From a bacterium (lineage in GTDB: Bacteria > Fidelibacterota > Marinisomatia > Marinisomatales > UBA1611): 21,212 nucleotides of DNA. The stretch covers positions 1-21,212 of the forward strand of contig JAYPIC010000030.1 in assembly GCA_038127595.1 (NCBI GenBank), read 5' to 3'. This document shows positions 6,681 through 13,703 of this stretch, piece after piece. Each line of letters begins with the position of its first letter. Within the stretch, counting starts at the first letter, position 1. A model generated the notes under the pieces. That model was not told where the DNA came from, ran no database searches, and was given only the letters and a program-made list of their open reading frames with translations. A program made the position numbers and the translations under genes.

Positions 6681-9419
6681 TTAATCAAATTTTTTGTATT
6701 TGGAAGGTTTTTCACCCATACTTTCTATGAAACTTACTTGACCAACTAATTCGGGACTTTTTAGCTTAACTTCTTCAAAAATTTCAAATGCCTTTTCATA
6801 GTTTCTTATACGATATAAAGCTACTGCAAGATTGATTTTATATTCTCCATTATCAGGATCTTTCTCAATTGCTTTTTTGAAATAATCAACCGCCATCGCA
6901 TTATTTCCTATTTGTGCAAAGGTTATTCCAACTGCATTATCACTCTTTGCTCTTCTCGCTCTATAGGATGCACGTTGTACTGCTTCAGGTTCTAATTTTG
7001 GAGCTGATTCTTTTAGCTCATTTAATCCTTTGGAAGATTCTGCATCTAGATCGGCTTCAAGATCAGCAGATAAGCTTATTGTATTTGAACTAGCAATAGG
7101 GCCTACTGAGGCTTTTGCAGCACCTAATATATCCTCTAGCTTACCAGAAAATGAAGGAGCTATTTTTACCACATCATCATATGTTTGTTTTGCTAGTCCT
7201 TTATTGCCAAGCATGAATTGCGAAATAGCAATATTTAACATAAATCCTGGGTGGTTAGCTTGCTGTTCAAGGGCTTTATTATAAAACTCAATAGACTTTT
7301 CGTATTCTTCTTGTTTTGTATAACAAACACCTAACGTATTTAATGCATCAGGAAAATTTGGTGTTATGCTCATTGCTGTATTGAGATTGTCAATAGCACT
7401 TTGATATCTTCCAAATTCCATATATAAAACAGCAACATCATAATAATCATCTGCAGTTTCTAATTTCCCCTCGATCCCTTTTGCAACTACTTGATCGAGC
7501 CATTTTATATATTGTCTAATGTCTTCTTCCAAGAGTTCACTGACACCAGTAGGGTCTGGGATGTATACCTCTTCTGGTGTAATTGAACCTGGTAGATACT
7601 TCGCCATTGCTTTGGTCATACTTATTTCGTTTACAAATTGGTCTGCTTTCATTTGGTTATATTTTAGAGCGCCTTGCTTCCAAGCACTAAAAAACGGCTT
7701 GCCAACTAGTGTGGCTTCAACTGGTATCCAAACTTTGCCATCTAAAACTGCAACTTCATTTCTATCTAAAAATAATCTATCTACATCATCTGGGTCTACA
7801 CCACTGTCAAACATTAAAAATACATGGCCCTCGCCAGGTTTAAATACGTCCAACCACATGGTCTCAATTCCAATATTATTTAAAAGAGTGCCATATAAGG
7901 TAGCTAGGTCATCGCAGTCCCCAATTTTATCATCTAATAGCTCCCATGGGTATTTTACAGTATCAAATGCTGATTTATCATCAGAGATTTGTAAAAATGG
8001 TGTAGAAGGATCGACATTATATACTAAACCAAATGAGCCGAGAGCATCATATAGTATGATAGCTCTTCCTAAATTAGTTTTTCCAAAATATTTTTTTAAT
8101 ACTTCAGAATAAGCTTGGATGTTAGTTCTTGCAAATTTATCTACAACTACATCTTGGGTAGTGAAATAAGAAGCGATCATTTCAGGGTCACTCCATGTCA
8201 ATTTTCCTTTTCCTAGCACATAGGAAGATTCTAATTTTTTCTGAGCAAGTTTTTCTTCTCCATCTTGCTTGTAAGCAACCTTTATATCAGGTTGAACCAA
8301 ATTGTCGAATGAAGCTTTTGCTGATGTTAAAACATCAGATGAAAATGAGACTCCTAAATTATATGTTTCATCTGACTTAGGAGGTAGTGTAATTGATTCT
8401 GTATGTGGATTTTCCATCATAGTTGGTATATAAAAGGAAACATCTACAGGGAGCTCTGAATCAGATATGTTTTTAATGTTCGCTTTTACAAATGGACTCC
8501 CTTCATAATATCTATGAAGAGATCTAAAGATTGGGTTATGATTTATGGATGCTGAGTTAATACTTACTACCGCTGGGCTTAATTGCAGTGATAAAGAGTA
8601 TCTATATGTCGGTTCAAGGTAGGGGTGAGATTCATATCCATATTCAAATACAAGACTTTTAAATTTCAAAGTAATACCAAAAGAAGGGATTCTGAGTTTT
8701 TCTTCTCCATTAAGGTCTTGTTGGAACCCGGCTCTAAAACCAATACGGTTTTTAATAAAGTATTCTCCACCAACATGAACCCTATCATCATCTAAGTCCA
8801 TCGCCATTGTTAGACCATCTATTGGAAAGTAGGCTATTCCTAGTTTAAACGCTTGTCCAAGTAGTTTTTCGTCAACTTTGTTTTGCTTGTAAGTTACGTT
8901 TGTTCCTCCAAGGTCATAGACTCCCAAGCCAAAACGAATTTTTTTGTGTGGAGATATTAATAAACCTAGGTCGTACCCAATGCCTGTAGATTTTCCATAG
9001 GATGTCCCATCAAGACCCATATCTCTAGATAAATATTTGAAAGTCCCTCCTATGGAAACTAGTTTAAATGGTTGGTATCCGATTGAAAAATTGAGTTTGT
9101 TTTCGCTATAGCTTAGTTCTTGATCATCAAATCCAATATTGGCCCAGTCAAAACCAATTGCAATACGATCACCAAAAGGCCATACAATTCCTGTATATGA
9201 ATGTGTAATATCCATTGCGTAAAGATCTGCATAGCTAGAGGTAAACTCTTTTCTTCGCAATCGAGGTAGTCCAGCTGGATTCCAAGTAATTGTATTTCCA
9301 TCATCAGCTACAGCTATGAAAGCACCGCCCATACCTAGTGGTCTAGTTCCAACAAAAAGTTGATCCTGTGAAATAAGAAAAGAGCTAACAATCAATATAT
9401 ATAGAATTAATTTTTTCAT
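6681..9419 (-). CDS. Fusion protein: PorV/PorQ/UPF0164-like beta-barrel + transglutaminase-like cysteine domain + TPR repeats
   Basis: Signal peptide, then GTRPLGMGGAFIAVADD..WNPAGL and barrel strands to ~aa 280 (YRYSLSLQL). Catalytic-type motifs GDCDD (Cys502), GHVF (His532) and WIPVEAT (Glu568). About 5 TPRs, e.g. ALNTLGVCY..YEKSIEFYNKALE and AVDYFKKAIEKDP. Confidence 0.85.
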   Translation of the reverse strand: MKKLILYILIVSSFLISQDQLFVGTRPLGMGGAFIAVADDGNTITWNPAGLPRLRRKEFTSSYADLYAMDITHSYTGIVWPFGDRIAIGFDWANIGFDDQELSYSENKLNFSIGYQPFKLVSIGGTFKYLSRDMGLDGTSYGKSTGIGYDLGLLISPHKKIRFGLGVYDLGGTNVTYKQNKVDEKLLGQAFKLGIAYFPIDGLTMAMDLDDDRVHVGGEYFIKNRIGFRAGFQQDLNGEEKLRIPSFGITLKFKSLVFEYGYESHPYLEPTYRYSLSLQLSPAVVSINSASINHNPIFRSLHRYYEGSPFVKANIKNISDSELPVDVSFYIPTMMENPHTESITLPPKSDETYNLGVSFSSDVLTSAKASFDNLVQPDIKVAYKQDGEEKLAQKKLESSYVLGKGKLTWSDPEMIASYFTTQDVVVDKFARTNIQAYSEVLKKYFGKTNLGRAIILYDALGSFGLVYNVDPSTPFLQISDDKSAFDTVKYPWELLDDKIGDCDDLATLYGTLLNNIGIETMWLDVFKPGEGHVFLMFDSGVDPDDVDRLFLDRNEVAVLDGKVWIPVEATLVGKPFFSAWKQGALKYNQMKADQFVNEISMTKAMAKYLPGSITPEEVYIPDPTGVSELLEEDIRQYIKWLDQVVAKGIEGKLETADDYYDVAVLYMEFGRYQSAIDNLNTAMSITPNFPDALNTLGVCYTKQEEYEKSIEFYNKALEQQANHPGFMLNIAISQFMLGNKGLAKQTYDDVVKIAPSFSGKLEDILGAAKASVGPIASSNTISLSADLEADLDAESSKGLNELKESAPKLEPEAVQRASYRARRAKSDNAVGITFAQIGNNAMAVDYFKKAIEKDPDNGEYKINLAVALYRIRNYEKAFEIFEEVKLKSPELVGQVSFIESMGEKPSKYKKFD

Positions 9420-12400
9420 CGGTTTAGAACTCCTACTGTAGTTCTAAGTATCGATTCAGAAGACTCAAGTGTTACAATATATAATCCACTCGGTACAATG
9501 CTCCCGTCAAAATCTTTTCCATCCCATACGATTACATTTTTACCTGGCCCCAAGGACTTTTCTGGTATTATTGTTCTTTTAATTTTTCCTGCAAGGTTAA
9601 ATATTCTTGCAGTAACATTATCTGAACTAGATAAATCAAATAAAATATTTGTATGAGGAAATTCAAAAACAGAACCAGCTGGAGAAAAAATTCTAGGTTG
9701 GCACGTAATTATATCAGCATTGACTGAGTCTACTTGGAACAAGCTATCCGATTTAAATGCAGCATATATGCCTAATTCTGATAATTCAGATTGTAAATAT
9801 GGAATGTTATTTATTGTAATAATTGTCCCACCAAGTGGATCAATGTCTCCTGTTGTATTATTTACTTTGCCAATATGAAGGTGCTGATCTTTTAAGTCAT
9901 CTGCTACAAAACTATCGGGAATAGCAATCCGTAGTACGGTTGGTTTTTGTAGATTTATTTCATAAGGAGATATTGCATAAAAATCAGATATAGAATTTGT
10001 GTCTAATGAAATGAGATTAGCTATAGGATCAATTGAAACTGATATATCCTCATTAACAGCATTTTGTGGAAATAAAATTGAGACCTTACCATCAGAGCTT
10101 ATTACACTTCCTCCTGCTTGGGATATAATTTTTTCTGGTGTTTTAAAAAATATTTCACTTTTCATAATATTTCCGCGCAAATCTTGTGCGCTTGAAATAT
10201 TTAGCTTTATTGCTTTTCCTACATATTCATCAGGAAGGCTTAATAACCCAGTCCACACTGTAGCGCTAAAACTTTGTTTTTCTACGAGAAGAGTATCGTT
10301 AATATTATCTCCATCAATATCGTTCATATCCGGATGCATAGCATAGATGACTGGCTCAGCATTCAAAGAGTTATTCATTTCAAATTCTTCTTTGAAATTC
10401 ACAATGATAATTATTTGGCCACCCACTCCATAGTTTACTTGTATTTCATCCACAGTAGGTGGAGTTTGATCAATGTAAAAATAATCCCAATCAGACCAAT
10501 CTGAGAATGATAAGCTATGGTCAACTGATCTAACTCGCCATTGGTATCTACCTTCAGGCAGGCTATTAATAATATGAGAACTCCCAGATCTTAGCCCCAT
10601 CTTACCAGTACCATAATTACCTGAAATGATAGAATGTACATTCCCAGATAGGTTATAATTTTGATCCTCTCCCATTTGCAAATGGTATTTCAGTGCTTCA
10701 TCAGAAGTTTTTCCCTGCTCGGTACTATTGTTAGCATCAATTCCTCCTTGCCAACTAATTTGGACAGAATCAATATTTACATTGCTCATTAGCATAATAG
10801 GTTTTGTCGGCGGGGTATTAGAATTTGTAAAACCTTCTAGGTTTTCATAGACTCTTGTGATCAACTCTTTTTCTGCCGTCTCTCCAGTAACTAGAAGATC
10901 GAGGTCTCCATCGTTATCATAATCACCCCACTGAGTAGATGATAGCCCGACACTATCAATCATGTACAAGGATGAATCATAAATAAATACACCTTGATCA
11001 TTTTGTTGGTAAATATTAGTAATAGGGTTAGTGTATTCTTCTAATCCTTGATCAGTTGTTGATGTCGCTGTATAACCGCTAGTAACAAGATCTAAATCTC
11101 CATCATTATCATAATCACCCCAATCTAAACTAGCATATGTTGCACCTTGTAGTGTTTGATGTAAACTAAATTCGTTTATTGAGTTATTGCCATATTCATT
11201 GGTATAAATATTGGTGTGCATTTCAGTTCCATTAAGATGAGCAACGGCGACATCATCAAACCCATCATTGTTATGATCTCCAACAGAAATTGCATGAAGT
11301 GTTGAAGGAATTTCAAATGGCTCATCTGAAGACTTTATTAGTTTCCCCATTCCATCATTTATATACATATGAGAAACGCCATTTAATTCTAATCTTCCAA
11401 GTGTTAGAAGGTCTGTATAGTTATCTCCATTAATATCTATCCATGTTAAAGCACAAGGAAAGAGCGGGATTAAATCAGTTTGAATAGTATCTCTTTTTAG
11501 TATCCCATTGTTATTTTTAAAAATAGTTAAATAATTAGTATTGTCGAAAATACTTATTCCTCCACTTACTAAGTCTAGGTCACCATCATTATCATAATCC
11601 GCCCAATCATGATTGTACTGGCCACCCCAGTATCCATCTGTTACTGATAACTGGTTTTCATCATCATCTAATATGTAAGTACCATCTTCCCATTTATATA
11701 ATAAAAGAGCCGTAAAAGTTGAAAAATTCAAAGTAGCCAACCCTGACATGGATATATCTAAGAAACCATCATTATTATAATCAACAAAGCTTAAGTGGCC
11801 ACCATAAACATTTGCCATTCGAGGTTGCAAGTTATTTACATTTAATATTCCATTCTCGTTAAGGAAAATTTGTGTTTTACTTGATCCAGTGTAGAGGTTC
11901 CCTGTAATAGCTAGGTCAAGCAAATTATCATTATTAATATCACTCCATCTTGATATCCCATATGAGTATCCTGGAATTGATTGGAAGGATTTCACTAGCC
12001 TTGGAATAAATAATTCTTTTTCATTTGACCATTCAGAAACCACACCTGACGGGTCAATTGATTGAACTTTCCAAATATAATTCCCCCAAGGAATGCCGGT
12101 AAATTCTCTAATTAATTTTGTGCCAGTATTAGAATTATTATATGAGGTCGCACTTGAAATAAGAGCTCTAGAATCATCTTCTGTTATAGATCTTGAGATA
12201 GAAAGATTATATCTTAAAGATTGATCTGATCCAATGTCATCTTGGCCATCTCCCCAATTAAATATAACTCGATTGCTAATTGCAAATGATTCAAGGACGG
12301 TTGGCGGTGTGGGCTTTATATTATTATTTTCAAATTTATTTAAGAAAACTGATACAAAAGAGCTATCATTGTTTCCAATCTCAAATGAACCAGATGCAAC

Positions 12401-13699
12401 AATGTCGGGTTTTAGATCTTGGTCAATATCAACAAATGATAATGTTCTTGCACCATCAATTGTTTGAAGTTCTGAGAAGCCAAGGTTGCCATCACCATCA
12501 TTTAAAAATATTTTACCCTCTAGCGCCCAAACACTATCTCTTGGGTTTAATTGGAGAACGGTAGTATCAGCTGCTAATACGTCACCTTGCTCACTTATTT
12601 CCAGCGTATCAATAATATAAAAATTATCATAATTAATGGTATGCTCAACAGCTCCGCTAATTGCAATATCCTTAAAGCCATCCATGTTGACATCAATTGC
12701 TTTTATCGAACCAAAAATTGTACCAAAATTTATTTGTTGGCTCGCTAATCTAAAATTACCAGTAGGTTCATTTATATAAATGAGTGTTTTTAACGTTGAA
12801 TCTATTGGACTATAACCAGAAATAATTAGGTCAGAATCCGCATCATTATCCAAGTCAGAAAAACAAATTGATGTTCCTTTAAGAGGCTCAATTTCTTGGT
12901 TCGTATCTTCTCCTAAACGACCTACTGGATCATTTAAGTATAATTTTGTAACTCCAGATTCTACGGTTATTTGCTGTCCACTAGTAAGAAGGTCGAGGTC
13001 ACCATCTAGATCAACATCGTCCCAAGCAATATCTCCATTTCTTAGGTCCGGCATCACAACAGAATTATCAAATTCCCATGCAACATTACCATTAAAGTCT
13101 GATTGATTTAATAGTAATTTATTTGTGATTGTACCCCTACTATTTTTTAGCCCCATCCAAAAAATATCAAGGTCACCATCTAAATCAACATCACCCCATC
13201 TTAGAGCGCTTTCACCTAAATTTTCAATGAAGTCACTGTCTAGATAATTATTTGTAGAAAGCGAGCCCCCAAGGTTTTTTGTCATAAACATAAATTCTGC
13301 ACCGTGAGCAAGTACATCTATTAGTCCATCTTTATCATAATCTCCTAGTGCAAGTTTTCCATCTCCGCCAATATATCTTGAAGAATGATTACTTGGAATA
13401 TATGTGAAATATCCATTCAAAATATCCATCTGAATAGTATCTATTTCACCAGAACTTGAAACACTATACGTATTTAAAAAGAGACGCTCTTGATTTCCAA
13501 TTTTATTATAGCCATATAGAATTATATCATTGATTCCATCGTTATTAAGGTCGGCAACTCCAATATCTGAAGCTATAATATTTTGAAGTACAGTACTGCG
13601 CTGTTCATCTAGTTCAAAACTATTTTGCCCAAATGTGCTATGGTAAAAAAGAAATGTTAAGATGATTATCTTAAACAAAAAGTTAATCATTAGGGTCAT
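9416..13699 (-). CDS. Large secreted FG-GAP/VCBS repeat protein (two propellers, FN3-like, ZU5-like) with a C-terminal FlgD / T9SS type-B-like sorting domain; probable adhesin or surface sensor
   Basis: Signal peptide ..STFG-Q. Fourteen DxDxDGxxD-type motifs and two FN3-like blocks (Y.W.V.S.D.S..S.WS). C-terminus reads QPRIFSPAGS..IFNLAGK..WDGKDFDGSIVPSGLYIV. The start could be M4 (13690). Confidence 0.9.
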   Translation of the reverse strand: MTLMINFLFKIIILTFLFYHSTFGQNSFELDEQRSTVLQNIIASDIGVADLNNDGINDIILYGYNKIGNQERLFLNTYSVSSSGEIDTIQMDILNGYFTYIPSNHSSRYIGGDGKLALGDYDKDGLIDVLAHGAEFMFMTKNLGGSLSTNNYLDSDFIENLGESALRWGDVDLDGDLDIFWMGLKNSRGTITNKLLLNQSDFNGNVAWEFDNSVVMPDLRNGDIAWDDVDLDGDLDLLTSGQQITVESGVTKLYLNDPVGRLGEDTNQEIEPLKGTSICFSDLDNDADSDLIISGYSPIDSTLKTLIYINEPTGNFRLASQQINFGTIFGSIKAIDVNMDGFKDIAISGAVEHTINYDNFYIIDTLEISEQGDVLAADTTVLQLNPRDSVWALEGKIFLNDGDGNLGFSELQTIDGARTLSFVDIDQDLKPDIVASGSFEIGNNDSSFVSVFLNKFENNNIKPTPPTVLESFAISNRVIFNWGDGQDDIGSDQSLRYNLSISRSITEDDSRALISSATSYNNSNTGTKLIREFTGIPWGNYIWKVQSIDPSGVVSEWSNEKELFIPRLVKSFQSIPGYSYGISRWSDINNDNLLDLAITGNLYTGSSKTQIFLNENGILNVNNLQPRMANVYGGHLSFVDYNNDGFLDISMSGLATLNFSTFTALLLYKWEDGTYILDDDENQLSVTDGYWGGQYNHDWADYDNDGDLDLVSGGISIFDNTNYLTIFKNNNGILKRDTIQTDLIPLFPCALTWIDINGDNYTDLLTLGRLELNGVSHMYINDGMGKLIKSSDEPFEIPSTLHAISVGDHNNDGFDDVAVAHLNGTEMHTNIYTNEYGNNSINEFSLHQTLQGATYASLDWGDYDNDGDLDLVTSGYTATSTTDQGLEEYTNPITNIYQQNDQGVFIYDSSLYMIDSVGLSSTQWGDYDNDGDLDLLVTGETAEKELITRVYENLEGFTNSNTPPTKPIMLMSNVNIDSVQISWQGGIDANNSTEQGKTSDEALKYHLQMGEDQNYNLSGNVHSIISGNYGTGKMGLRSGSSHIINSLPEGRYQWRVRSVDHSLSFSDWSDWDYFYIDQTPPTVDEIQVNYGVGGQIIIIVNFKEEFEMNNSLNAEPVIYAMHPDMNDIDGDNINDTLLVEKQSFSATVWTGLLSLPDEYVGKAIKLNISSAQDLRGNIMKSEIFFKTPEKIISQAGGSVISSDGKVSILFPQNAVNEDISVSIDPIANLISLDTNSISDFYAISPYEINLQKPTVLRIAIPDSFVADDLKDQHLHIGKVNNTTGDIDPLGGTIITINNIPYLQSELSELGIYAAFKSDSLFQVDSVNADIITCQPRIFSPAGSVFEFPHTNILFDLSSSDNVTARIFNLAGKIKRTIIPEKSLGPGKNVIVWDGKDFDGSIVPSGLYIVTLESSESILRTTVGVLNR
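10900..13560 (-). repeat. 14 FG-GAP/VCBS Ca-binding repeats in two groups of 7
   Basis: Group 1: DLNNDGIND, DYDKDGLID, DVDLDGDLD x2, DLDNDADSD, DVNMDGFKD, DIDQDLKPD. Group 2: DINNDNLLD, DYNNDGFLD, DYDNDGDLD, DINGDNYTD, DHNNDGFDD, DYDNDGDLD x2. Confidence 0.85.
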
Positions 13700-13703
13700 T
13701 TAA

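Noticed and set aside
7519..8112. 197-aa plus-strand ORF and the other short ORFs in the track (e.g. 2234-2539, 9999-10346, 16809-17102, 19891-20154)
   Set aside because: All lie antisense to or out of frame within long, motif-supported genes. They have Ser/Ile/Leu-rich shadow composition and no recognisable motifs.
10900..13200. Near-identical ~26-29 nt DNA repeats (tctccatc.ttatcataatcacccca; aggtcaccatcta.atcaacatc)
   Set aside because: They encode the WGDYDNDGD / WxDVDLDGDL FG-GAP motifs. Spacing is long and irregular and they are in frame within a CDS, so they are not a CRISPR array or a DGR template/variable pair.
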